Assembly (NCBI GenBank): GCA_951406725.2
Contig: OX597840.1
Coordinates: 17,174,001-17,238,000, forward strand
Length of the DNA: 64,000 bases
Source: Octopus vulgaris
Taxonomy: Eukaryota
Direction of reading: 5' to 3'
The notes beneath the pieces are model-generated. The model was given only the letters and a program-made list of their open reading frames with translations. It was not told the origin of the DNA and did not search any database. Shown here piece after piece: positions 52,456-64,000 of this stretch. How positions within the stretch are numbered: the stretch's first letter is position 1; the number at the start of each line of letters is the position of its first letter. The translations under genes and the position numbers were made by a program.

Positions 52456-54141
52456 GTGCGCGTGTGTGTGTGTATATATATATATATCACATGTATGTAT
52501 ATATTATATATAAAATGTGTGCATATATGAGCCACCTTGTTTTACAGTCGTAAATGAGCATCACTCTCGTACATGTACTGAGGTCGGTTTCCAGTTTCCC
52601 ATCAAAAATTTGTCTGGTGATGGGGAAATATTTCCTTGCTTGAAAATGGCTGAGGGTTGGTGACAGGAAAGGCACACAGCCGAAGAAAATCTGGCTGAAT
52701 AACTTGTCTGACCCATGCAACCATGGAAAATTGGATGTCAACTGATAAAGACGTGTGTCAACTGATAACAGGATTAGTCAATAAATTAAACCCAATATAC
52801 TGAACTAAAAAGCTTCAGTTACTGTCTACAATATATTCCGACTTGCTGCTGCCTTCATGCTCTTGCTGGATGGGGCTGGGGGATCAAGCCAGGTTAGAGG
52901 TTCCAAAGACATCATGTATAGAGAGAATTGGGCCTACCAGTACTTTCCAATACTGGTGGTCCTATGCTAACCCCTCTGCATCCTCTAAAGAAATGTCAAG
53001 CCTCTGGAGATCTTCCTTAATTACATCCAACCATTTGTGTGTGGGGCCTGCCATGAGGCCTCTTCCAGCCTTGAAGAAGCTCAACAGCCACAAAGACCCT
53101 AGAGATGATGAAGGCAGGCAAAGAAAACCTAATCCAGTTGCTCACTCACATCAGCAGCTATGTAAGGGTGTCAGAGCGACTCCCAAAATTACTGAATCCA
53201 GGGCATCATACTCTAAACTTGGAATGCAAAAACGAACAGTAACTGAATCGGGTTTGAATATTGAGGTCTGTCAAATTAAAGATAAGCTGAGCTGAAACAT
53301 CTACTTCACAACATTTCTAGTATCTCTGGTGGCACAGGAAACAATCCACAACCAAACCTTGTAGATCTGAAGAGTCAGCGAAAGCATATAAACGTGTTAA
53401 ACCTCCCTACAAAAGCAGTGATACTTAGCATTTTATTCCATCTTTCCCAAAAGATGGTTAAATTGTTAGAATACCTTGTAGTAGTAGTTGTTCTTATCCC
53501 CTGTGCAACAATTTCAAATCCTTCCAAGGTTAACTTTGCCATTCATCCTTCCTGGGTTGATAAAACAAAATACCAGTCATGGCTGATGGACTGGTGGAAT
53601 TTTCTGAGGGAGATGCCTTATGGTAACCATTCTAAGTCTTTGTATATTGAATTCTTGGCTGGTAGGCTTAAACCTGTCTCAAGTTTAAGACCATCACCTT
53701 GTCCTTAGGTACTTCAAGTGTAGCCCATTTTGTTGTCCCCCAGTTTAACGCCACCACCTGATCCTGAGATACCCCTAGCTTGATTAATTATTACAACTAT
53801 TCAACCCTTTTTTCCAGTTAGAAGGTAACTTCCTCCTTTCATCACACAAACCTTGGAGGTCCTGAAAAATTCAAGAATAAAGAGCACCACCCTTTCCTTA
53901 ACCAAGAAAGGGAAAAATTCAAAAAGATGAATAAAGAAAAATTCACGACATGTCATCAATTGGTTTTGGTTAAGGACAATACTCATGACATCCAAGACTA
54001 AGTACTTTATCAACCTCTTTTGCTGAACTGCTACATTACAGGGATGTAAATAACCAGCATTGGTTGTCAAGCGATGTTGGAGGGACAAACAGACACTCAA
54101 ACATATATATATATATATAAATAAAACAGGCTTCTTTCAGT

Positions 54142-54425
54142 TTATATATATATATTTCAGAGGGAAACCACCATGTGAACACCCATATGCTAGAAATAGA
54201 TCCGCTACGGTCTCACCACAAAGAAATGTTCTCAAGAAAAATTTAGCAAAACAACCAAAACGTAATCGAGCAAGACAAAAGAAAAAGTAATAAAAATATG
54301 GATTATTCATATACATGTTTCACTATCAACAAATTACGCAATCTTACGTAATTATCTGTAGATCATCAGTGTGAAAACGATGTTAATTAAATTACTATCT
54401 AATTTCTCAACCACATTTTAAATTT

Positions 54426-54456
<31 letters not shown>
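54142..54456 (-). mobile_element. ~315-bp hammerhead-bearing insertion nested in a SINE
   Basis: Interrupts the SINE at 53998-54600; SINE sequence aacaggcttct(t/a)cagttt is present on both sides; (TA)n borders. Confidence 0.6.
54306..54375 (-). ncRNA. Minimal type-I hammerhead-like ribozyme, second family with long stem II
   Basis: UUCACA-CUGAUGA-[long hairpin including AAUUACGUA/UGCGUAAUU]-GAAA-CAUG-UA-UAUGAA; palindromic ACAUGU; stem I pairs 5/6; U-U at the base of stem II. Confidence 0.55.
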
Positions 54457-55049
54457 ACAGGCTTCTTACAGTTTCTATCTACCAAATCCACTCAAGGCCT
54501 GAAGCTATAGTAGAGGACACTTGCCCAAGGTGCCACACAGTGGGAATGAACCCGGAACCATGTGGTTGGGAAGCAAGCTACTCACCACACAGCCACTCTA
54601 GGTATTTACACTACAAATCTAGAGGGATATTTGGCTGCTTGTTTTACCAGGTCAAGCTACTATTTAGAGACTCCATATTTGATTGACAAATATACGTGCA
54701 TGAAACTAGTCCGTGATTGGTGTAAAGGACACCATCAGGTATAAACTGATCTGTCGTGGGAGAAAAATGCAAATAATACGATTCAAATTGTTAACATGAA
54801 ATGAATTCCAGCCAAAGAGATCACAAAAACAGAAATTCTTTCAGACTTGTTTTTTATGCCTATGTTTATAAATATATCCAATCCTATTTCAAGAAAAAAA
54901 AAGACCACGTCAAGGGCAAAGAATGTTCAACGAAAGTAAGAATGACAAACCTATGATGTGTCGGTGTCATGTTGCAGGTTTTTAGGTGACACATGACCCT
55001 CATGCATTTTTACTTCAGTTATTGCACTGTGAGCATTCTGAGGTGTCAC

Positions 55050-55735
55050 ATTTAAGCATTTTTAGTCAAACAAATTATACCCTGTACTCGTTTTTAAGAC
55101 TGATGCTTATTCTGTCAGTCACCTTTGGTGAACTGCTAAGTTATGGGGATGCAAACAAACCAATAACTGGTTGTCTAACGGTGAAGGAGAACATAAACAC
55201 ACATGCACACACGAGTTTCTTTCAGTTTCTGTCTACCAAAGCCACTCAAGGCATTGGTCAGCCTGAGGCTTTAGTTGAGGACACTTGCCCAAGTTGCCAC
55301 ACAGTGGGACTGAACCTGCAACCATGTGGTTGGGAAGCAAGCTTATAAACCATACACCCAGGCCTATGAAAAAAATCCTCCCTACATAAAACATTATAGA
55401 AAGCTTATCTAGGCTTGGCTGTGTGGTAAGAAGCTTGGTCCCAGGTTCAGTCCCACTGCATGGCACCTTGGGCAAGTGTCTTGTATCATAGCTTCAGGTT
55501 GACCAAATCCTTGTTAGTGAATTTGGTAGACAGAAACTGAAAGAAGCCTGTCATGTGTGTGTGCATGTGTCTGTCCCTCAGTACCACTTGGAGTGATTAC
55601 ATCCCCTAACTTAGCAGTTCAGCAAAAGATATAAAATAAGTCCCAGGTTTAGCAAAATATATGCACTGGGGTTTATTAATTCAACTAAAATTTCTTCAAA
55701 GCAGTGCCCCAGCATGACCACAGTCAAACAAAAGT
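55050..55735. mobile_element. Head-to-head SINE family A pair (- 55050-55360, + 55411-55735)
   Basis: Opposite orientations with a ~50-bp spacer. Confidence 0.75.
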
Positions 55736-55800
55736 ACCTACCAAAAACTAGAATACTTAAATGACATTAACAACTAGTTTAATTAAAAAATAAATTTAAG

Positions 55801-55928
55801 TTAATGTGACAGTCCCGTAAGGGAATTACACCACCGCTGTTTAGCCCTAGGAAGCATTGAACGCTTCCTGTCGGCTTCCTAGGGCTAAACAGCGGTGGTG
55901 TAATTCCCATACGGGACTGTCACGTTAA
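55801..55928. repeat. Long inverted repeat, 55-bp arms (53/55 match), 18-nt loop
   Basis: 55801-55855 matches the reverse complement of 55874-55928; TTAA at both ends. Confidence 0.95.
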
Positions 55929-57276
55929 GTTGACAGTATACAACCATTCTATCGCTCCACCACCGCTCATGTCTCTTTGAGACATTTAGAAATTCAATAT
56001 TTCTAAATTTAAGTTGCTGGGTTAAAAAGATTTGTCGTTACTGGGAGTAATAGAGAAAACAATTATCAATGAAGGGGAGGAGAAAGGAGAAAATAAACCA
56101 TTGGTACTCAACCATATTTTGTCTACGAGCCTTTTGGTCCTTATTTTTACACAGGCAGACCCTCATGGCCATTCAGTGTTTAAAAAATCCCACAATTATG
56201 TGCCTATCATTAAGTATTAGGAATTGTATGGAAAAAATGTTAAAATAAGTATTGTACAAGAACCAATGTTATTGCACAAAAGCTTTAACAATAAAACCTC
56301 ATATGGGCCTTGTGTGTGTGTGTGTGTGTGTATGCCAGTGCTTTGTAACAGGCACTCATGCCAGTGGCATGTAAAAAGCAACCACTGCACTCTTGGAGTG
56401 GTTGGCATTAGGGAAGGTCATCCAGCTGTAGAAACCACGCTAAATCAGACTGGAACTTGGTGCAGCTTCCCAGTTTTCAGTCAAACTGTCCAACCCATGC
56501 CAGCATAGAAAACAGATGTTAAATGATGGATCCTAAGGGTCATATCGACCCCTGTTGAGAACCATTGGTCAAGTGTCTTTCGGAACCCTATTCTAACACT
56601 CATACAGTCCATGATTTTCAATTAGATTTTGTAAAATTTCTGATGTTTGGAACCCACTGAAGATAAAATTCTTTAAAATCCTGACAGAAGTTTCTAATTG
56701 GGAACAGACACTAAGGCTGCTATCTCAAGCAGGTTGGCATAAAAAAAAAAAAGTGGTTAAAAAATGCCTAAAAATAATAAAATAAAAATTATTTTGAAAA
56801 TCTACTTGTAGCCCTGAACCAAGTCATGACTTCCTGTCTGATACGACTGATAAGAGGCAAATTAAATGGGATGTAACGATTAGCTTTTGGTGGGGGAGGG
56901 GGGTCAACAGCAGATGTGGGTTTTAAAGGGACAAGCAGAGTAGCAGTTGTTTAGTCCCAGTTCAGTTCTAATCAGAACTGAGGACCAGGAAGAGTTCAAA
57001 GACCAACCATCCATTGCTTTTCTCTTCAGGCATCGACTACCCAGAATCACATCAGCCAATGTCAGTCCTTTTAAGAAAGGCATTAAGAGGTTAGATAAGG
57101 GACATTTGGCTACTGTTTCTAGTATCTCAGGAGACCACCAAGTGACAGTTTCAGTTGGACTAGATCAGCCCTGATTGAGCAATTGGATCTTGCCTTTTTT
57201 ACTATTCACTGAGCACCCTAAGGACCTCATTACCCAAGGTGTTCTTTTCTAAGACAGTGGGGTGTGAGGAGGGAGA

Positions 57277-57697
57277 TTTACTCTTTACTCGTTTCAGTTA
57301 TTTGACTGCGGCCGTGCTGGAGCACTGCCTTTAGTCAAGCAAACCGCCCCCAGGACCTATTCTTTGTAAGCCTAGTACTTATTCTATTGGTCTCTTTTAC
57401 TGAACCGCTAAGTTACGGGGATGTAAACAGACCAGCATCGACTGTCAGGCGATGTTGGGGGGACAAACACATACACACACATACATACATATATATATAA
57501 AATATATATACACACACACACACATACATATATACGACAGGCTTCTTTCAGTTTCCATCTACCAAATCCACTCGCAAGGCTTTGGTTGGCCTGAGGCTAT
57601 AGTTGAAAACACTTGCCCAAGGTGCCTCATGGTGGGAATGAACCCGGAACCATGTGGTTGGTAAGCAAGCTATTTACCACACAGCCATTCCTGTGCC
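57277..57697 (-). mobile_element. SINE family A
   Basis: Full reverse-complement copy. Confidence 0.85.
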
Positions 57698-58789
57698 TAT
57701 ATTTGGCTGCTATTTCCAGCAAGCATAGGGTAAAAGAAAGGTACAATCAACAGACCATCTTACAAAATGCCCTGCAATACTTCTTCAAGCTCTTAACACA
57801 GAATCCAAATTCCTCTGAGGTTAACTTTGCCTTTCATCCTTCCAGTGCCAAAATAAAATACCAGGTGGTTGTAGAAAAAAAAAGTCCAGGAATGTGCATC
57901 AAATATGAGGTGTGGACACCAGGGAAATTGGTCCTGTGTACACGTGATATGCAGGACAAGCAAAAAGTTAAGCACTCGGAGGAGGAGAGTAGTGTGACAT
58001 TGCTAAATCAAGTTATACAAAATATTTTTCTGCTCTAGGCACAAGGCCAGACATTTTGGAAGAGGGGACGGGTAGTCGATTAGATCGCCCCCAGTACGCA
58101 ACTGGTATTCAATTTATCGAGTCTGAAAGGATGAAAGGCAAAGTCGACCTCGGCAGAATTTGCACTCAGACCGTAAAGACAGACGAAATACTGCTAAGCA
58201 ATTTGCCCCGTGTGCTCATGTTTCTGCCAGCTACAAAATCTATCTTTATATTATTGAGCCTGCCTGTGGCATTTAACTCTTTGCCTGTCCAAAACGTCCG
58301 TGCTTGTTTCCAGCCTTTTAGCCAACCTTCGTTTCATACATTCTGAATAATATAAAGCTTTCTTTCCATAGTCCCAAGTTACTGTGGTTTAAAAAGAAAA
58401 TGGGAGTGTGTATCCTAAACGATATATGGGTGCCAAAGAAATGTTGTGTGTATAACTTGTGACACACAGGACAGAGTTAAAATACAAATTGGTCCTAGAA
58501 AGAAAAAAAAAATCATACTTTTGGTTAAGTTGAACAGAGAAACTGTTGTGTTGATGTAGCGTTTATATTGGTGAGAGAGAAAGGTTTGCATGAACACAAA
58601 CTCTAGGTCAGACTTGATCAGGCACAGCTAGGATTACACTTATGACACACACTCCCACCTAGATATATCTAAGATTAATCCAGTATTTTTTTTAAAGTTT
58701 TTTTTTTTTTTAGAGACATTGGTTGCCATTTCAAGACAGTCCACTGACCAGAAGGCTCTGTAGTTTGGTACATTGTCCTGAGCCTGTTG

Positions 58790-58826
<37 letters not shown>

Positions 58827-59959
58827 CCAAAAACACACAATAATGGGCATAGAATCGTTTGCCTGTTTGTTCTTATACAACAGACAGGGGTGTGTGATTT
58901 GCGAGAGATTTGGCTGCTATTTCTAGACGGTTGACAGACCACAAAGCCTCCCTGTAGCTTTGATGCATTAAAGTCCATTACATGCTGCCATACATATTGG
59001 CGAAGGCATTATTCAAACCTTAAAATTATTCTCTTAGTTTTTATACAACAGGAGGGTGTGATTTGAGAGAGATTTGGCTATTATTTCAGTTAAGGCAGCC
59101 AACCCTGAAGAGGCTCCTTTCAGCGGCTCCTACAGATATTTCTTTTGTTGAGTGGGAGGAAGATGCAGTGTGGGGGGTAGGGGTAGATTGCTGGTAAGGA
59201 GACATCGTAGGTCGGCCAGCTGAGAGTGAGAGAGGAAAGGGACACAGAAGGGGAGAAAAAGGAAGCTGTAACGGGTGATGCAATAAACAAGAGAATCAGT
59301 GACGAAGGTACCGGGGTATGATAAGGGTGCAGCAAGCTGAGCGGGAAGAGATGAAGACAAAGAACTGCAGTATTTGAAGCTGGTGGGATTGTTTAGGCCC
59401 CCGACCCGTCACCACCACCAAAAATTTTTTTTTTTTAAAGTCAGCCCTGAACTAGCAAACGTGTGATCAAAAATGGATTCCAGTCACTAACGTCCCATCT
59501 TTATTTAAGAATAGCAAGATATGGAGATTTGGTTGCTATTTCTAGCAGGTCGAATTCACCTCTCGTTTAGTCTACAATCCATTATACACATATAAATAAA
59601 TGTGCACAACACACACATATACACACTGGATATAGACGTGCACGTGCGAGTGAAAACACGAGGTTAAAAATACTTGAAAGTGAAGATTGTGCGAGTGTCA
59701 GAGTTATCCGAAAACACCAGAGACGGAGGTGATGCGGTGGCCATGATGCCCATCAAGAACAGAAACTGTCATAGGTTTTCATATCGTATTAGCCCTGACT
59801 TTCTCCGAAACTTAGAATATGCTTAAAACACACACACACACACAGAAGGAGAGGGCGAGATTCTGACATTTTTTTCCCTAACTTTCTCACGGTACAAATT
59901 TAGTGGCGAGAGGCCGGGAAGGCGAGGGGGGGGAGTCACAACCGGAAATTTTATTTTTT

Positions 59960-60160
59960 TGTTTAGCCCCGGGTCAGGCCTGATTAAGCAGACCCTATAA
60001 TCAAAAGGGAATTCAGGTCGTGATCATCTCCGCCTTTGTTTGAGGTAAAACGACTATCTCGGCCTAAATAGAAAGCTTCCCTTCCACATAATTAAAAAAA
60101 AAAAAAAAATCAAGGGCGATTTGGCTGCTATTTCTAGTAGATCGAGGGCCAACTAACAGG
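59960..60160 (-). mobile_element. Old repeat family D (GATTTGGCTGCTATTTCTAGCAGG motif; many decayed copies, e.g. 100-300, 12660-12860, 48720-48880, 50230-50430, 56945-57180, 58880-59570)
   Basis: Recurrent motif in both orientations throughout the window. Confidence 0.6.
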
Positions 60161-60949
60161 AGTAGTGATTCTATTTGAATATACTCGGCATATATGTATA
60201 TATATATGCATGGACATGACTAGATAAGAAGCTCACTTCGCAACCACATGGTTTCTGGTTCAGTTCCACTGCGCGGCAGTTTGGGAAAATGTCTTCGACT
60301 TCGCGAGTGGATATGGTGGGTGGAAACTCGATGTGAGTATGGCCCACCACCACTTGACAACCTATGATAGTTCAAGTTGTCATAACTCAGCGGTTCGAAA
60401 TACCAGACTTTAAAAAATAAGAAAAAAACTGCCAGCTACTCTTTCCGAATACACACCACTTCAACAGTAGCGTGATGAGGGTCATCCACAACCGCGAGGT
60501 CCATTTACAATAGGCTTCAAGAACAGCGAACAATTTAGCTCTAGGATCAAGTCGAACGGGTGACCTACGACCGAAGTCGTTCAAGCCCATGACCAACCCA
60601 GTTCTAAATGGATATGGACAATGTATCCCTCAAAGGCTGCAGGATATGGTTTGAAAGATTGACTAGCTGCTATTTCTAACAGAAAGACCAACTACATCAT
60701 AATGGCTGGCCTTTGTGCGCAACTATGACATTGGAGAGAGAGAAAGAGGAAAGCAGAAGTTGTGGCGGACCATCGACCTTTTAGCAATCGATATTTTCAT
60801 TATAACAAAGCATATTTATAGATAAGAAAGATTGTGCAGTCTTAAGGCGCCGAAACCCTATACATAAAAGTCCTGAAACCGGCGACGCTGTATGTCCGTC
60901 CCATCCATGGCCAATACTAATTAATTAACATCTACATGACTTAACTGAC

Positions 60950-61040
60950 CTTAAATCCACGAACCAGTGAATAAATGCCGCAAGGTAGCAACAACGAAAA
61001 CATTGCTCTAATAATAACGTTTTATTTGCCACGAGGGCAG
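60950..61040 (-). other. Candidate non-coding 5' exon of the minus-strand gene (5' boundary unknown)
   Basis: Donor TTTAAG|gtcagt at 60950 in unique, CpG-retaining sequence upstream of the MPKP exon. Confidence 0.25.
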
Positions 61041-62270
61041 AGATGATGGAAACATCACAAGGACAGTTCACAATAATGGTGGGGACGAGTTTAATATAAG
61101 ATGAGGTGGGAAAGCCTGAAATGAGGAAAGAATACATGGTACAATAATAATAATAATCGAGGTACGAGATCAGTTTTTTGAGGGTAGGCGCAAAGTCGAT
61201 TACATCGACCCAAGTACTTTATCGATCCCGAAAGGATGAAAGACAAAGTTGACCTCAGTGGAATTGAGCTCAGAACCTAATGACTGAAATAAGTCGGCTC
61301 TCGGCAGTGTTCAGTTTTTGTAAAATTTACTCAAACTTTTATTAGGTTATATATAAAAGGGAGAATTAATTGCAGACGGGGGGGGGGGGGTTATAAAATT
61401 CGAGAGCGATGGCCACAACTAGGTTGTGCTTGCTTGCTTGGTGGTAGCCTTGTTATTAAAATATGCAGACATTTCTACACACAAAGAGACACTTTATATA
61501 GCTGGGTGGCTTTACATTAAAACAAGATTCCACCCAGAAAGAAAGACGTAGTTGTGTTGAAGACGGGTGCGACGGCGGCGTCGATGACGAAGTGGAAGGT
61601 CAAAGGGCAAAGCTGTGTTTCATAAGGTGGGTGGGTACAGAATAGAACAGAACTGTCAGTTTAAAGTTTTACGTGTCTGAGCAAGTTTATACGGGACACA
61701 GTTTTGTGTTTTTGATAATGTTTTTAATTTTTATTCTCTTCGAGCCATAATCTAGCCTTCAGCTACACACCCGCAATAATTACATACTGCTGCGGATACC
61801 TTAAAACGTGTACACAGAAAAATCACTGCTCTTTCGCTATCTCTCTCTCATATATGTATATATATACACACACCTAAAGTAACATCTATACACGCACGCG
61901 GCTATATATACCTAATGCAACATCTATACACAAAATGCTGTTATAGACACTAAACGCAACATATATACACACTGTTGTAGACACCTAGTGCAACATATAC
62001 ACATATATATATATATATTACATGCACAAATACATAGCTAAAACATACATTGTGTGTGTGTATATATATGTACATACACACACAACAGCCATATACATGC
62101 CTAAAGCAACACAGACATGCATATACACATATATATTAACATCAATACAAACAAATTATTCCAAATATAATCTCCCAAAACATTACAAATAGCAACAACA
62201 TTTAATGTAGGCAACACTTAAAACCTAACAATAAAACGGCAATTAAAAGAGACAGAATATAATGTACAAA

Positions 62271-62322
<52 letters not shown>

Positions 62323-62673
62323 GCATGTATATATAAAATCGGGAAGAGTATATATTAAGCCACTATAACAACTAAAACTAAAATATTCTCTCTGTCGGAT
62401 CAACAAGATTTAATAGTTGTAACCCATCTTCCTAAAACCATTAAAGACAATGAAACAATTATGAAATACCATAACGTACGTTGTTAAGATTTCATACTAT
62501 CCCATGGTACTAAGTGCATAATATAATAGATACATTAAATATTACATATATTTGGTGGTAGGAGGGTTGCTTCTTGCCGGCCAATGCATTCTAAGTAGAT
62601 TTTGTAGACTGTAAACTGAGGAAAGCGGTCGTGAAAGAAACAGAACCAGACGAAAATATTTGTTCCACTAAAC

Positions 62674-63169
62674 CAGGGGTGGGAAAACTTTTTAGTACGG
62701 CGGGCAAGAATTCCCAAAGAAAAAGGTCCGCGGGCGGGTCACAAGTTCTAACTCGGATATATCTGTGTATAAGTCGATATACATTAATAAAGATCAAGTT
62801 TAACACATTAAATTATTAACATAACATCATTAACATCGCCACTGAATGTAGGACGTTTCTATTACTTATGAGGTATTCTATATTTTTCATCTAGAGTTAT
62901 AGTTGGGTCTCAAGGCAGCGGGGAGCTGGGTACTAACATAATGTGTGTTTTATAGTGATAACATTTCCATTCAAATGGCATTTACCGGACGATTTCTGTT
63001 CGAGTCTGACCCTTTTAAGTCGTAGTCGAAGCGCGACCTATGTCGCAAACCGGCATACGAATATTGTATAAATTTTATAATTGAAAAATTTACTATATTT
63101 TGTACAAACGAGTATATCAGCCTGTGGGCGCACCGAAATGGGCTGGCGGGTGGGGTTTCCCTACCCCTG
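62674..63169. mobile_element. hAT-superfamily MITE
   Basis: TIRs CAGGGGTGGGAAAAC / GTTTCCCTACCCCTG; perfect 8-bp TSD CACTAAAC on both sides. Confidence 0.85.
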
Positions 63170-63408
63170 CACTAAACTCTTAGATGCAATGCCCCAGCGT
63201 AGCTGCAGTCCAATGATTAAAGCTGTGTGTGTATGTGTGTGTACATACACACAGCTGTAGAGAACTCAGTGTCAGAGAGTTTTATACAAGACTGGGCCGT
63301 TCGATATTGATTTCAAATGTTGGTACAAGGCCAACCATTTCGGGGGATGGGAAAGTCGATTAAATCGACCCAGTGATTAACTAGTACTTACTTTATCGAC
63401 CCTATAAG

Positions 63409-63593
63409 CAGTGCCGGGGTCAGGACAAACGAGGGCCTGTACTAGGTAAGTTGTGAGGCCCCTTACTTGAACAGTTTGGCATACATGCTCAGGAAATTCA
63501 TCGTAAAAAAATTGGGGGTGGGACAAGATGTCCCCCATTGCCCCGGGGCCCTGTAGTTAAGCACACCTAAGCACAATAGTAAATCCGGCACTG
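63409..63593. mobile_element. hAT-superfamily MITE nested in a MetaSINE
   Basis: TIR CAGTGCCGG/CCGGCACTG; TSD cctataag/cctgtaag (7/8). Confidence 0.75.
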
Positions 63594-64000
63594 CCTGTAA
63601 GAGTGAAAGGTAAAGTCAACCTTGCTAACTGTCCTATATGTGTTAAACGGCGATATAAATGTCGTATGAAAAATAAGTCTTAATTGAAATTTAGTTGCAG
63701 AAAGAAAACGAAAGTTCCGAAAACAAAGGGGGAGGTAATCCCAAATTAGGCTAAAGGAAAGTGATGTGTGCAGGCGAAGGACAACTGTGAACAAGTTTCG
63801 GCCTTATTAGACTTCATCAGTTGAATCTTATCTGGGCTTTTTGACATATTGAAAAGTCTTGATATCGAAAATGAGTTAATCCTCGACCAGTTTTAATTTG
63901 CATTGATTATACTAATGAGCTAAGGGGAAATAAGTCAAATGAGCCAATGGATTGAATGGTGAAGTCAAGACTATCCTATCACAATGGTACGCATTAATAT

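Larger units (their letters stand above)
53998..54600 (-). mobile_element. SINE family A interrupted by the hammerhead element
   Basis: Two collinear halves, 53998-54141 and 54457-54600. Confidence 0.75.
59600..61800. promoter_or_regulatory. CpG-retaining region; candidate main promoter/5' end of the minus-strand gene
   Basis: CG-rich patches such as gacgggtgcgacggcggcgtcgatgacg at ~61562-61590; DR1-like AGGTCAaAGGGCA at 61597-61609. Confidence 0.35.

Noticed and set aside
53360-53395. Plus-strand CTGAAGA-gtcagc-GAAA
   Set aside because: No proper stem I or stem II; likely chance.
63783-63826. Minus-strand CTGATGA...GAAAC hammerhead-like motif
   Set aside because: Stem II is plausible but stem I does not pair after the cleavage site; at best a decayed relic.

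Overview
AT-rich eukaryotic genomic DNA full of interspersed repeats and microsatellites. The repeat families (tRNA-derived SINEs with an internal (TA)/(TG) tract, MetaSINE-domain SINEs, (GAT)n-tailed repeats) look like those of an octopod cephalopod; this assignment is an inference. Almost all ORFs in the supplied track are repeat or low-complexity noise. The best gene signal is on the minus strand: an exon at 49682-49794 ends in ATG CCA AAA CCG|gtaagt (MPKP, phase 0), which matches the first coding exon of ERM (ezrin/radixin/moesin) genes. I did not find the next FERM exon (xNVRVTTMDAELEF), so positions 1-49681 would be one very long intron. That intron contains a frame-preserving 21-nt microexon candidate (46064-46084, FRFRHGE) with an SRRM4/eMIC-like upstream layout, a CpG-retaining internal promoter-like region, and candidate alternative first exons. 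Minimal type-I hammerhead ribozymes from at least two Penelope/retrozyme-like families lie on the gene-sense strand (8200-8245 intact-looking, 6565-6607 decayed, 54306-54375). Other features: a 55-bp near-perfect palindrome, abutting inverted SINE pairs, hAT and piggyBac MITEs, a CR1-type LINE 3' end and a mariner-type transposase fragment. All of this was read by eye; no searches or folding were run.
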